From an archaeon (GTDB lineage Archaea; Micrarchaeota; Micrarchaeia; Norongarragalinales; UBA97), in assembly GCA_020057405.1 (NCBI GenBank), contig JAGVFW010000004.1, positions 121,660-185,659 of the forward strand: a stretch of DNA of 64,000 nucleotides, read 5' to 3'. The translations under genes and the position numbers were made by a program. Numbering within the stretch: the stretch's first letter is position 1; every line of letters starts with the position of its first letter. Of the stretch, positions 27,595-37,612 are shown piece by piece. The notes under the pieces were generated by a model. That model searched no databases. It saw only the letters and a list, made by a program, of their open reading frames with translations, and was not told the origin of the DNA.

Positions 27595-27623
27595 CTTCAG
27601 ACTCTAGTCGCTCCCCCCCTGCA
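27594..27623 (+). repeat. Cassette boundary site 4 (internally deleted)
   Basis: GCTTCA-GACTCTAG-TCG-CTCCCCCCCTGCA. Confidence 0.75.
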
Positions 27624-27673
27624 CTCGCTTAAACGGCAGGCATAAATCCCCTAGTTCGATAATCGATGCGCAC

Positions 27674-28867
27674 ATGGCTACGGATTACTTCGGCAAGTCA
27701 GTTGAACTGCACAAGAAGCTAAAGGGCAAGATTTCGGTAGAGCCAAAAATCCGCATCAAGACACGCGAGGACTTGAGCCTCGTCTACACGCCCGGCGTGG
27801 CACAGCCATGCAAGGACATTGCAAAGAACCCCGAGCTCGCCTTCGACTACACGATTAAGGGAAATTCAGTCGCCGTGGTAAGCGACGGAAGTGCAGTCCT
27901 GGGGCTAGGCAACATTGGCGCCAAGGCAGCAATTCCAGTAATGGAAGGCAAGGCGCTGTTGTTCAAGGAATTTGCCGACATCGATGCTTTCCCATTGTGC
28001 CTTGACACGCAGGATGCAGAGAAAATCATCGAGACAGTCAAGGCAATTGCACCCGTATTCGGCGGAATCAACCTCGAGGACATTGCCGCACCAAAGTGCT
28101 TTTTTGTTGAAGAGTCGCTCCAGGAATTAGGCATCCCGGTGATGCACGACGACCAACACGGCACTGCTATCGTCGTTCTCGCTGGATTGTTTAACGCGAC
28201 CAAAGTGAGCGGCAAGCCCCTCGAGGCAATGAAGATTGTCATCAGCGGAAGCGGCGCTGCAGGAACTGCAATCGCCCGCATACTCTCCTGCTACGGCGAC
28301 TTTGACAAGACCTGCAAGAGCGTCAAGGACATAATCGTGGTTGACAGCAAGGGCATCGTCGTGACCGGCAGGCCGGACTTAAACCACGCCAAGCTCGAGC
28401 TGTCCACGCACACTAACGAGGAAAATGTCGAGGGAACGCTTAACGACGCCCTCGTTGGCGCGGATGTCTTTATCGGAGTCAGTGCGCCGGGAGTGCTTAA
28501 AGCAAGCCACGTTAAACTAATGGCGAAAAACCCAATCATCTTCGCACTCGCAAACCCTGTTCCCGAAATCATGCCCGACGAGGCCAAGGCGGCGGGCGCA
28601 GCCATCGTCGCTACGGGCAGAAGCGATTTTCCAAACCAAGTCAACAACGCACTCGCGTTCCCGGGCGTCTTCCGCGGCGCACTTGACGCAAAGGCCGTGC
28701 GCATCACCGACGGCATGAAAGTCGCAGCTGCACGGGCAATTGCCGCCTGCGTGAAAAAGCCATCAACCGAGGAGATAATTCCGGCAGTGCTTGACAGGAA
28801 TGTTGCAAAGAAAGTTGCCGAAGCAGTGAAGGCCGCCGCAATCAAGGAAGGCGTAGTGCGCCACTAA
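27674..28867 (+). CDS. NAD(P)-dependent malic enzyme
   Basis: YTPGVA, VMEGKA, HDDQHGT and GRSDFPNQVNN motifs. Confidence 0.93.
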   Translation: MATDYFGKSVELHKKLKGKISVEPKIRIKTREDLSLVYTPGVAQPCKDIAKNPELAFDYTIKGNSVAVVSDGSAVLGLGNIGAKAAIPVMEGKALLFKEFADIDAFPLCLDTQDAEKIIETVKAIAPVFGGINLEDIAAPKCFFVEESLQELGIPVMHDDQHGTAIVVLAGLFNATKVSGKPLEAMKIVISGSGAAGTAIARILSCYGDFDKTCKSVKDIIVVDSKGIVVTGRPDLNHAKLELSTHTNEENVEGTLNDALVGADVFIGVSAPGVLKASHVKLMAKNPIIFALANPVPEIMPDEAKAAGAAIVATGRSDFPNQVNNALAFPGVFRGALDAKAVRITDGMKVAAARAIAACVKKPSTEEIIPAVLDRNVAKKVAEAVKAAAIKEGVVRH

Positions 28868-28881
28868 GGCAATATCGGACG

Positions 28882-29601
28882 CTAAGGACTGGCCTGCATT
28901 GGCACTTCAATTAGCACTAACTCGCAGGGCGCGATGGTCTCGAAAACTATTTCGTCAGCGCTAGTAATTTCAGCCGAATCACCTTTCTTTAGCTCCTTGC
29001 CGTCCACTTTTGCCCCGCCGTGAACCAGGAAGGCAAAGAGGCCGCTTGAGCCACCGCGCATTTTGTACGCAAACTTTTTGCCTGCGTCAAAAGAGCCAAG
29101 CGAAAAAAAGGCAGTTTGGTGCATTGAAAGCGAGCCGTCCCGACCGTCAGGCGAAACTATGAGTTGGAGCTTGTTTTTCCGGTCGGCGGGGTCAAAGCGC
29201 TTTTGCTCGTATGATGGCGCGATTCCTTCCTTTGAGGGGAGAACCCACACTTGCAAAAAGTGCCCGGGCTCTTCAGTAGACGCGTTCATTTCAGAGTGCA
29301 CGATGCCGGAACCTGCGCTCATGCGCTGCACTTCGCCGGCTGAAATCACGCCCGCGTTGCCCATGCTGTCGGCGTGGCGAAGCGACCCCTCAAGGACGAT
29401 TGAAACGATTTCGGCGTCCGCGTGGGGGTGGCTCCCAAAGCCCCTTCCGCCCGCGATGACGTCGTCATTAAACACGATTAGCGTGCCAAAATTCCTTCTG
29501 TCGGGGTCAAAATACTCGCCAAAGCTAAACGAATGGCGGCTAGTCAGCCAGCCCAATTGCGTCAAGCCCCGCTTTTGCGAGGAGTGGATTGAAACATGCA
29601 T
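28882..29601 (-). CDS. Pirin family protein
   Basis: SRHSFSF, HPH..AEI, MSAGSGIVHSE and FLQVW motifs. Confidence 0.9.
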   Translation of the reverse strand: MHVSIHSSQKRGLTQLGWLTSRHSFSFGEYFDPDRRNFGTLIVFNDDVIAGGRGFGSHPHADAEIVSIVLEGSLRHADSMGNAGVISAGEVQRMSAGSGIVHSEMNASTEEPGHFLQVWVLPSKEGIAPSYEQKRFDPADRKNKLQLIVSPDGRDGSLSMHQTAFFSLGSFDAGKKFAYKMRGGSSGLFAFLVHGGAKVDGKELKKGDSAEITSADEIVFETIAPCELVLIEVPMQASP

Positions 29602-29871
29602 AGCAATTGGTTTACGTGGTTGCGTTTTCTTAACTCTTCGCAATGACAAGGCTTATTAGCAACCGGCGGCACAAAGGATATTATAGACAAAATGACGCTT
29701 TAGTTTGCATTGCTCACCGCGCTTGCCGCGGTTTGTGCGAGCCACTTCTTCTTCGAAGATTGGGGCTCTCTTGCATTAAGGGCTTTAACACCCAAACTGC
29801 AAATGAGCAATCAACTCAAGAGTCTAGTTTTTGCCCGCTTTTAGAACAACAAGCGGCGCGGTGAACCCAAA

Positions 29872-31269
29872 ATGAAATTCAATGAGTTGAACCTCCTCCC
29901 GGAGACCCTAAAGGCAATCGAAGAGAAAGGATTCGTAGACACTACGCCAATCCAGGCGCGCGCCATTCCGCTCCTCATGCAGGGAAGCGACGTTGTCGCC
30001 CAAGCAAGGACGGGCAGCGGAAAAACTGCGGCATTCGGCATCCCCCTCCTAGAGACGATAAAGCGCAATCACTCGAACGAAAAAGGCATTTTCGCAATCG
30101 TCCTGACCCCCACCCGCGAACTCGCGCTGCAAGTGCAGGCAGAGCTAAGCGAACTCGGCAAGCACCTGCACGTGCGGGGCTGCACAGTCTACGGCGGAGT
30201 TGCAATCAACCCGCAAATGCAGGAAATCAGCCACAGCCGCTACGTAGTCGGCACTCCCGGCCGCATCATCGACCACATCCAGCGCGGCAGCCTCAACCTC
30301 TCGACAGTGAAGATGGTAATCCTCGACGAGGGCGACCGCATGCTCGACATGGGCTTCGTCGACGATGTTGAATTCATCCTCTCAAAAACCGCGGCACACA
30401 GGCAAACCGCGCTCTTTAGCGCAACCATGCCGCCAGAAATCCTCTCGCTTGCGAGAAAATACCTGCACACGCCCGAGGAAGTGCGCGAGTCTGAAGACGA
30501 GCTTAACGTCAAGGAAATTACGCACCTCTACATCAGCGTGGCTGCAGAACGCAAACTTGACGCCATCGCCAACCTGCTCAAGCAGCGCTGCACCGAGCGA
30601 ACAATAGTCTTTGCAAGAACAAAGCACGGCTGCGACAAGCTCGCCGGATTCCTCCACCGCTTCGGCTTCGAGGCACTGGCAATCCACGGCGACCTGTCGC
30701 AAAACCGCCGCGAGCAGGTGCTCCAGGACTTCCGCGACAACAGGATTCGGGTCCTGGTCGCAACCGACGTTGCCGCGCGCGGCCTCGACATCGAGGACGT
30801 CGAGCACGTCATCAACTACAACCTGCCGGAAGACGAGAAGACCTACGTGCACCGCATCGGCCGCACTGGCCGCATGGGCAAGAAGGGCGAAGCAATCTCC
30901 TTTGGCACCAACTTAGAGGAAATCCGACTCCTGCAGGCATTCGGCAGGCGCATTGACACTGAAATAAACGAGCTTAAGATGGACATGCCGCACGTCGAGT
31001 TCGTCCGAAACGCTCCCCACGCTCACGAAAGCGCAAGGCCGAGCGGACGCGGAGGCAGGTTCGGCGGTGACCGCGGACGCGGCGGCGGGCGGGGATTCTC
31101 GCGCGGCGGGGACCGGGGAAGCAGCAGCCACAGCGGCGGCTCAAGGAGTTCCGGCGGACGCGATGGCGGAGGACGCTCTGAAGGCGGCTTCGGGCGCGGT
31201 TCGCGCGGCAGCTTCGGTGCAAAGCCGGCAAGCCGCGGCGCGTTTGGCCACAGGCGCACTTCAGGGTAA
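29872..31269 (+). CDS. DEAD-box RNA helicase with RGG-rich tail
   Basis: TGSGKT, PTRELA, DEGD, SAT and HRIGRTGR motifs. Confidence 0.93.
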   Translation: MKFNELNLLPETLKAIEEKGFVDTTPIQARAIPLLMQGSDVVAQARTGSGKTAAFGIPLLETIKRNHSNEKGIFAIVLTPTRELALQVQAELSELGKHLHVRGCTVYGGVAINPQMQEISHSRYVVGTPGRIIDHIQRGSLNLSTVKMVILDEGDRMLDMGFVDDVEFILSKTAAHRQTALFSATMPPEILSLARKYLHTPEEVRESEDELNVKEITHLYISVAAERKLDAIANLLKQRCTERTIVFARTKHGCDKLAGFLHRFGFEALAIHGDLSQNRREQVLQDFRDNRIRVLVATDVAARGLDIEDVEHVINYNLPEDEKTYVHRIGRTGRMGKKGEAISFGTNLEEIRLLQAFGRRIDTEINELKMDMPHVEFVRNAPHAHESARPSGRGGRFGGDRGRGGGRGFSRGGDRGSSSHSGGSRSSGGRDGGGRSEGGFGRGSRGSFGAKPASRGAFGHRRTSG

Positions 31270-31274
31270 CTTGA

Positions 31275-31688
31275 ATGAAAATCGCCATTTGCGCGAGCAT
31301 GGTTTTTACCGAAAAAATGCTTGAGGCAAAGGCGACCCTGGAGCAGATGGGCCACGATGTCTTCGTTTCGCAGTTTGCCGCCGGCTATGTCGGCAAGAGC
31401 GATGCGGAAAAAGAGGCCCTGACTTTACACAACAAGAACAACAACGACGCCATTCGCGCGTTTTGGGAAAAGATTAGGGCAAGCGACGCGATTCTGGTTC
31501 TAAACTACGACAGGCGCGGCATTGCCAACTACATTGGCGGCAACACCTTGATGGAAATCGGGTTTGCCCACGTGCTTGGCAAGAAAATCTTCCTCCTTAA
31601 CCCTGTGCCCGAAATTGAGTTCTACAAGAGCGAGATTGAGGCCTGCAAGCCGGCTATCATCAACGGCGACTTCTCGCTCATCAAATGA
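31275..31688 (+). CDS. Conserved hypothetical protein (nucleoside 2-deoxyribosyltransferase-like fold)
   Basis: SDAILVLN...YIGGNTLMEIGFA motif. Confidence 0.65.
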   Translation: MKIAICASMVFTEKMLEAKATLEQMGHDVFVSQFAAGYVGKSDAEKEALTLHNKNNNDAIRAFWEKIRASDAILVLNYDRRGIANYIGGNTLMEIGFAHVLGKKIFLLNPVPEIEFYKSEIEACKPAIINGDFSLIK

Positions 31689-31722
31689 CGCCGTGCGCCG
31701 GCAAAGAAATCCCCGCGTCCGT

Positions 31723-32448
31723 TTAGGCGTACATCGGGTTTTGTTCCATTTCCTTGTAGTCGGCGTGCAGGTCGTGCATTTTCTCCATCGCGTCTTTAAG
31801 GCGCGTCTCTATCTTCTCGCCTTCGGAAATCAGGTCATGCGTGTCAATAGGCACGCCGATGATTTTTGCAACCGCGTCGAGGAGCCGGGCTGACGACTTG
31901 GGGTCAAGCGAGAGCGAAGTCTGCACCATGAGGTTGGCTGCGGGGAACTTTTCGCTTGCGCACTCTGCAATCAGAACACCACTAACCCCCTGGGTGGCGC
32001 CCTCCTTAATCAACTGGACGCCGGACTTAACGAGGTTTGCAGACACTGCCGGGGTGCTTGCAATGCCGTAAATCTTGTCGTCAGGCTGCTGGCTGGCAAC
32101 GCCGGCGAGGCTGTAAATCATCTTCGCCTTCTTTTCCTTCGAATAGTCGATTATGGTCTGCGAGAGGGCGAAGACAATGTTTGAGGGAATGACGAACTCG
32201 GAAAACAGCACGATGAGCTGGTGCTTTTCGCTTGCGTAAATTCTTGCCGGCGAGACGGGCTTGTAGTCGTGGATTGCGGCAATGGGCGGAAAGTGGGAGC
32301 TTGCGAAATAGCCCGCGAGCTTCATGTCAAGCTTCTCGGCCAAGTATGAGGCGCCAATGGTGCCAATCATGCCGATGCCTGGAAAGCCTTCAATTATTGT
32401 TGGACGGTCGAGCTTGACTTTCTCGACTTCCTTAATCTCGACTATCAC
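31723..32448 (-). CDS. Proteasome assembly chaperone (PAC2 family)
   Basis: IEGFPGIGMIG motif; C-terminal MYA HbYX-like tail. Confidence 0.88.
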   Translation of the reverse strand: MIVEIKEVEKVKLDRPTIIEGFPGIGMIGTIGASYLAEKLDMKLAGYFASSHFPPIAAIHDYKPVSPARIYASEKHQLIVLFSEFVIPSNIVFALSQTIIDYSKEKKAKMIYSLAGVASQQPDDKIYGIASTPAVSANLVKSGVQLIKEGATQGVSGVLIAECASEKFPAANLMVQTSLSLDPKSSARLLDAVAKIIGVPIDTHDLISEGEKIETRLKDAMEKMHDLHADYKEMEQNPMYA

Positions 32449-32519
32449 AAAACCACCTGCAGGAATTAGGCGCGCTTCTTTTAAAACAACGCGTGCGAAG
32501 AGAGGCAGCGAAAGGCGGG

Positions 32520-32885
32520 CTAAGCGCGTTTGGCGCGCTCTAGCGAAAGCAAGTCGCCTACCTTGACGCGGGCAGACTCTCCCGGCGCAACTTCAAGAAC
32601 AAGCTTGCAGGGCATTGCGGGCACGATTAGCAGGCGGTTTGGCTTCACGCGCGCCTGCACGTCAACCACCCTGCCGCTTGCGTCGAGGAAAATCGCGTCG
32701 AAGACAGGACAAAAGAGGGAATGCAGCGCATTTCTCCGCCTGCCGGTTGTGGGGAAGGGGATGGCGAGCGGAATTGAAGCGCTGCCCTTGAACATCAGGC
32801 CGCTTGCGCGCTCGCCGGGCGTCTCAAGCAAGAGGCACTTTGGCCACAAAACACGCTTTTTGGAAACGATTTTGACGCGCTTCAT
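32520..32885 (-). CDS. DUF192 family protein
   Basis: ERASGLMF, H..F...DAIFLD and VLE motifs. Confidence 0.7.
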   Translation of the reverse strand: MKRVKIVSKKRVLWPKCLLLETPGERASGLMFKGSASIPLAIPFPTTGRRRNALHSLFCPVFDAIFLDASGRVVDVQARVKPNRLLIVPAMPCKLVLEVAPGESARVKVGDLLSLERAKRA

Positions 32886-32989
32886 GAACTCCCTCTAGAA
32901 TCAGGCTGCAAGCATTACCCAATCTGCTTTATAAAAAGCTTTTTATTGGCTGAACGGGTTTAAAGACTTGATACGGCTTTTAGAATACA

Positions 32990-33703
32990 GTGGTGGAAAG
33001 AGTGAAATCCCTTGCAATAATCCCCGACGGCAACCGCAGGTACGCAAAGAAGCACGGCCTGCCCCTAGAAGTCGCCTACCGGGACGGGTTTAAGAAAGTC
33101 GGAAAGGCCATGGAATGGGCCCGCGACTACCGCGTGGAATCCATGAGCTTCTGGGCGCTCTCGCTTGAGAACTTCCAAAACCGGTCCGCGCTTGAACTGC
33201 GCACGATATTCAGCCTCATGCAAAAGCAGCTTGCCGAGGCAATGGTAAAAGAAGACCAGGTAAACGAGCAGCAGGCCCAAGTCAAGTTCTTCGGCCGCAC
33301 CGAACTACTGCCAAAGCAACTTCGGGAATCAATGGCGGCACTAGAGCGCAAGACAGAAGGCAACAAGAAACTTTTGCTCAACGTCGGGGTCGCCTACAGC
33401 GGCCAGGACGAACTCGTGCGCGCAAGCACCCTATTGGCAGCGGACATGAAAGCCGGCAAGGTTGACGAGCGCGCACTCGCCAGTGACGGCGGCAAGATTT
33501 TCTCAAACTACCTCTTCACCAAGACTGCGCCCGACCTCATCATACGCACGGGCGACGTGCAGCGGCTCTCCGGCTTCCTGCCGTACCAAAGCGCCTACAG
33601 CGAGTACTACTTTTCAAGAAAACTCTGGCCAGAGTTCACGCGGGCGGACTTCGCAAAGGCACTCGAGTACTACGACGGCACGCAGCGAAGGTTCGGGCGT
33701 TGA
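32990..33703 (+). CDS. uppS: cis-Prenyltransferase (polyprenyl diphosphate synthase)
   Basis: IPDGNRRYA, SLENF and DLIIRTG..RLSGFL motifs. Confidence 0.92.
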   Translation: MVERVKSLAIIPDGNRRYAKKHGLPLEVAYRDGFKKVGKAMEWARDYRVESMSFWALSLENFQNRSALELRTIFSLMQKQLAEAMVKEDQVNEQQAQVKFFGRTELLPKQLRESMAALERKTEGNKKLLLNVGVAYSGQDELVRASTLLAADMKAGKVDERALASDGGKIFSNYLFTKTAPDLIIRTGDVQRLSGFLPYQSAYSEYYFSRKLWPEFTRADFAKALEYYDGTQRRFGR

Positions 33704-33714
33704 AAGGTAGCCGG

Positions 33715-34071
33715 ATGAGCGAGTGGAAAGCGCCAACCGGAATGCTCAAAGCCTATGTAGACCACGGGTTGCTTTCAGAAGCTCACCTAAAGCTGCTGGC
33801 GCTGGGCTATCACCACCCTCAGGTTAAGGAACAACCGCTTGCTAAAGCACGATTGAATGAAGTCGTCAAAACACTACAGAAAGCAGCGGACGCCGGACTG
33901 GTGTACGGCATTAAATCAGCTAGCCTGCTCCAGGCCATTAACGCACAACTCAATCCCTTCAAGGGCCATAAAGTCCCAAAAAAGCTGGATCCACACCTAA
34001 AAAAGTACTACGAACAAAACAAGGAATCTGACGAAGCTCTTTGTATGACAGGAAAACTCCTTAAAAAGTAA
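33715..34071 (+). CDS. Hypothetical protein
   Basis: Basic ORF of about 118 aa; no recognised motif. Confidence 0.5.
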   Translation: MSEWKAPTGMLKAYVDHGLLSEAHLKLLALGYHHPQVKEQPLAKARLNEVVKTLQKAADAGLVYGIKSASLLQAINAQLNPFKGHKVPKKLDPHLKKYYEQNKESDEALCMTGKLLKK

Positions 34072-34088
34072 TTGCGCGGAAAAAACAC

Positions 34089-35210
34089 CTAGCTCACTAT
34101 GAAGTCCATGTCCCCTTTAGCCGAGAGGAAGCCAGGCAGGCCAATCGCATTGCCGACTGCAAGACTGGCCTTTAGCACACTGCCGTTGTCGAACCCTTCA
34201 GCAAAATTGTAGGCCGCGCGAATGAAATTGTGCGCCTTAAGCACGCCCCCGTACTTTTCACGCCAGCGCCGTTCGTAGTTGATTGGCGTGCCTGAAGAAA
34301 AGTGGTTTGCAATCTCGTCAGCTGCGATAAAGGCGCACTTGCCCCCGAATACCACGCCCCCGCCGGTCGTCGCCTTCACCTGGCCGGCTGAATCGCCGCA
34401 CAGCATGGCGTTGCCGGCCTGCGTGGCAGCGCGAGGCTTGATGGGTATGACGTAGTTGAATTCCCGCACGCACTCGCAGGAGGCGCTCCCCGTTGGGCCC
34501 AGTACTTCCTGCACGGGGGCCAGGTTAAGGAAGGCTTGTTTTGCTTCGCGCACTTTTGGAAAATCGGCGGATGCAAAGCCGATTCGGGCACGGTCTTCGC
34601 TTACGGGAATGAGCCAGCCGAAAAACCCCTTGCAGATTGACGGCTCCAGGTAAATGTGGACAAGCCGCGGATCGCTCACGCGGCAGCCGGAAAACTCGCC
34701 TTCCCATGCGAGGACGAAGTCCCGCGCTTCGATTGGCGGAAAGCCCAGAGTGCGGGCGACAGTGCTGTTTGCCCCGTCGCAGCCCACTAGCACTTTAGAC
34801 GAAAAGGAATCTGAGGGAGTCGAAACGGTGAAGCCGCCATCGTGCGATGAAACTTTCTCCACACGCGCGTTTAGCACGAGTTTTGCCCCTGCCTCCTGCG
34901 CCTCTTGCGCGCAGCGCTCGTCGTAAGCCTGCCTGTCGATGACGACGCCTTTTGTGGAGGAAGCCTCGAATTTTAGTTCAGTGCCGCCGGCAAAGACGCG
35001 CGCGCCGCGCACTTCGTTTAGCGTGCATTCCTTGATGCTAACGCCAAGCGACTCGAGGCCCGCTTTTGACATGATGCCGCTGCACTTGTGGAACTTGCCG
35101 GGCTTGAAGTTCTCTTCCAAAACGAGGGTTTCGACGCCGTGGTTCGCTAGTGCCTTTGCGCACACGCCCCCAACAGCGCTTGAACCAACCACTATTGCCT
35201 TCGCTTCCAC
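34089..35210 (-). CDS. Geranylgeranyl reductase family flavoprotein
   Basis: CSG, GCDGANS, GFFGWLIP and GDSAGQVKATTGGG motifs. Confidence 0.85.
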   Translation of the reverse strand: MEAKAIVVGSSAVGGVCAKALANHGVETLVLEENFKPGKFHKCSGIMSKAGLESLGVSIKECTLNEVRGARVFAGGTELKFEASSTKGVVIDRQAYDERCAQEAQEAGAKLVLNARVEKVSSHDGGFTVSTPSDSFSSKVLVGCDGANSTVARTLGFPPIEARDFVLAWEGEFSGCRVSDPRLVHIYLEPSICKGFFGWLIPVSEDRARIGFASADFPKVREAKQAFLNLAPVQEVLGPTGSASCECVREFNYVIPIKPRAATQAGNAMLCGDSAGQVKATTGGGVVFGGKCAFIAADEIANHFSSGTPINYERRWREKYGGVLKAHNFIRAAYNFAEGFDNGSVLKASLAVGNAIGLPGFLSAKGDMDFIVS

Positions 35211-35292
35211 TTCGTCCCCCCTTCAGCAAATAGTGTTAGCCGTGAAATGGGTTAAAAAGCGGCGAGGTGGTTTAATTCGTTAGGCGTGCGGA

Positions 35293-36180
35293 TTGAAGAT
35301 ACCAAAATGGCTTTTGCCCCTCGTTTCAATAGCGCTCATTGGCTTTTTGCTCTCGCAAATCGACCTTAAGGCAACTGCAGGCGTGCTCTCGCGGGCGGAC
35401 TTGGGTCTCGTCGCCCTCGCAATCTGCTTCACTACAATCTCGCTTGCGCTAAAGACGGTCAGGTGGCAAATCCTGCTCTCAGAAAAGCAGGCGATTCCGT
35501 TTAAGGAACTCTTTCCCATCCAGGTGGCGGGCATTGCGACAAGCAACTTTTCCCCTGGAAAAATGCTCGAGGCACTTAAAGTCGTGCCCCTAAAGCAGCG
35601 AGGCTTGACGTACAGCTACTCGATGCTCACCGTGTTTTGGGAAAGGGGATTCGACCTCGTCGTGCTCTTCGGCTTTTCGTTTTCGGTAATTTCCCTCCTT
35701 GACCCGGCAGTCGGCACGGTCTTAACGGCAATATTTATCGCACTTGTCGCTGCGATGCTGCTCATGTTCCGCCACTTCGAAAAGATCCTCACGTTTGTCA
35801 AAAAGCACGTCAAGCTCGCCGTGCTTGAGGAAGTAAAACCGCATTCGTTCAAGAAACGCACGCTCTTTGCCGCATTTCTAGTCACCGCAGTCGCGTGGCT
35901 TGCTGACGCAGGTGTAATGTTCGCTTCCTTTCGGGCAGTAGGCCTTGACTACGAGTTCATGCGCATCCTAAGCGCCTACGCGGCAAGCATCATCGTCGGC
36001 GTAGTGTCATTCCTGCCGGGGGGCATCGGCAGCACCGAAGCAGCATTCTTGCTATTACTGGGCACTACAAAAGCAGTATTGCCGCAGGTCTTCGGCGCAA
36101 TCCTACTCGGCCGCCTCGCAAGCCTGGGCTTCAGCTCACTTTTGGGATTCGCCTTGCTGCCGCTTGTGAAGAAAAACTAG
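35293..36180 (+). CDS. Flippase-like membrane protein (UPF0104/LPG synthase TM family)
   Basis: RW, ERGFD and PGGIGSTE motifs. Confidence 0.82.
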   Translation: MKIPKWLLPLVSIALIGFLLSQIDLKATAGVLSRADLGLVALAICFTTISLALKTVRWQILLSEKQAIPFKELFPIQVAGIATSNFSPGKMLEALKVVPLKQRGLTYSYSMLTVFWERGFDLVVLFGFSFSVISLLDPAVGTVLTAIFIALVAAMLLMFRHFEKILTFVKKHVKLAVLEEVKPHSFKKRTLFAAFLVTAVAWLADAGVMFASFRAVGLDYEFMRILSAYAASIIVGVVSFLPGGIGSTEAAFLLLLGTTKAVLPQVFGAILLGRLASLGFSSLLGFALLPLVKKN

Positions 36181-37565
36181 AAGCCTGCCTTTACTTCCTT
36201 ATAGCGCAAGAGCGCACGTCTGAAAACGCCTTGGATGCGTTTAAGTGCCGCAGGCGTCTTTCCTTCAAAGCGAAGCGAGAGCTCGGGCTCGTTTTTGCTA
36301 AAGCGCACGAGGCCCCAGCCGTCCGAAAAGAGCACGCGGGCACCGTCAATGTCGATTACCCGGTTAGTCTTCTTGAAGGCACGGGTGAGCTCAGCCACGA
36401 TCTCCGCTTTTCGAGTTTCGGCTCCTTCGCCGGTCACGTGAAGGCGGTATTCCTGCGAGGAATAGTATTTTGGCGCGTCGGAAATCAAGTCTTTGATGGA
36501 TTTTCCCGAATCACTAACGAGCTTGCACAGCCGGTTCGAGGCGTAAATTGCGTCGCTAAGCCAGGCGCGTTTTTCCATGAAGTAAAAGTGGCCGCTCATC
36601 TCGGCACCGACGCGAGCGCCCTCCTTGGCCATGAGCTTCTCAACATTCGTGTAGCCCGTGCGGCTAAGAATTGGCTTTCCGCCCCTCGACCTCACGTCGT
36701 CGATGACAGACTGCGAGCACTTGATTTCAACTACGATTTTGGCGCCCTTGCGCACCGCCACTTCCCTTCGGGCGAAGAGCAGGAGTAGCATGTCGGGCCA
36801 GATGATGTTGCCATTGGCGTCAACTGCGGCCACGCGATCGCCGTCGCCGTCGAGCATCAGGCCCAAGTCGGCTTTTTGTTTTCGCACTTGCGCAATCAGC
36901 CACGGGAAGTTCTCAGGCTTGACGGGATTGGGCGAGTGGTTTGGAAAGCGCGGGTCTGGCTTGCAGAAAAGGGCAGTGACTGAAGCGCCGATTGCGCGAA
37001 GCGCCGGGACGACGAACGGGCCGGCAGTGCCGTTGCCGCAGTCGACGACGACTTTGAACTTGCCGCGCAATTTGTTACCGGAAGAAACTGCCTTGAGGTA
37101 GTTTGAAAAAATGTTTTTCGAACTTGCTTTGCCGGAACCGGTTGCGAACTTTCCACTAACGACGTAATCTTTGAGGTCAAGGCCGCTTACGGGAAGCATC
37201 TTGAAACGCATTTTGAGGCCGTTGTATTGGGGCGGGTTGTGGCTCGCGGTTACTGAAGCCGCACCAGTGGTGTGCAGAAACTCGTTGGCAAAGTATGCCA
37301 TCGGCGTGGTCACTTGCCCAATGCGCACGACGTCACAGCCGGTTGAGCGCAGGCCCTTGACAAAAGCGCGTTCGTAAGAAGGCGACGAGGCGCGGTTGTC
37401 GCGGCCGACTGCGCAGGAGGGTCTTTTGCCGCCATTGCGCTTGGCAAGCAGGGTGCCAAAAGCCTTTCCGAATAGCTCGTAAGAGGCAGGCGAGAGTTCT
37501 TTTTGCGCCAGGCCCCGCACGTCGTACTCTCTAAAGACATGAAGTGGTGGCGAATTGCCCATCAT
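36177..37565 (-). CDS. Phosphomannomutase/phosphoglucomutase
   Basis: FREYDVRG, TASHNP, DGDGDR and EMSGH motifs. Confidence 0.92.
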   Translation of the reverse strand: MMGNSPPLHVFREYDVRGLAQKELSPASYELFGKAFGTLLAKRNGGKRPSCAVGRDNRASSPSYERAFVKGLRSTGCDVVRIGQVTTPMAYFANEFLHTTGAASVTASHNPPQYNGLKMRFKMLPVSGLDLKDYVVSGKFATGSGKASSKNIFSNYLKAVSSGNKLRGKFKVVVDCGNGTAGPFVVPALRAIGASVTALFCKPDPRFPNHSPNPVKPENFPWLIAQVRKQKADLGLMLDGDGDRVAAVDANGNIIWPDMLLLLFARREVAVRKGAKIVVEIKCSQSVIDDVRSRGGKPILSRTGYTNVEKLMAKEGARVGAEMSGHFYFMEKRAWLSDAIYASNRLCKLVSDSGKSIKDLISDAPKYYSSQEYRLHVTGEGAETRKAEIVAELTRAFKKTNRVIDIDGARVLFSDGWGLVRFSKNEPELSLRFEGKTPAALKRIQGVFRRALLRYKEVKAGF

Positions 37566-37612
37566 AACCGCTTTAAATCACTCTGTGTTTTTAATCAGGT
37601 AGGTGTTCAAAA

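Larger units (their letters stand above)
25490..27623. mobile_element. Array of three gene cassettes at the tRNA-Leu 3' end, delimited by repeated putative recombination sites
   Basis: Four related sites, each ending in a copy of the tRNA 3' end CTCCCCCTGCA, separate unrelated accessory genes. Confidence 0.7.

Noticed and set aside
25490-27623. CRISPR array interpretation of the repeats after tRNA-Leu
   Set aside because: The intervening segments are 600-720 bp whole genes rather than 30-40 bp spacers, and no cas genes are present.
29650-29870. Intergenic short ORFs and hairpins between pirin and the DEAD-box helicase
   Set aside because: No SD, motif or recognisable RNA family; probably divergent promoters and UTR.
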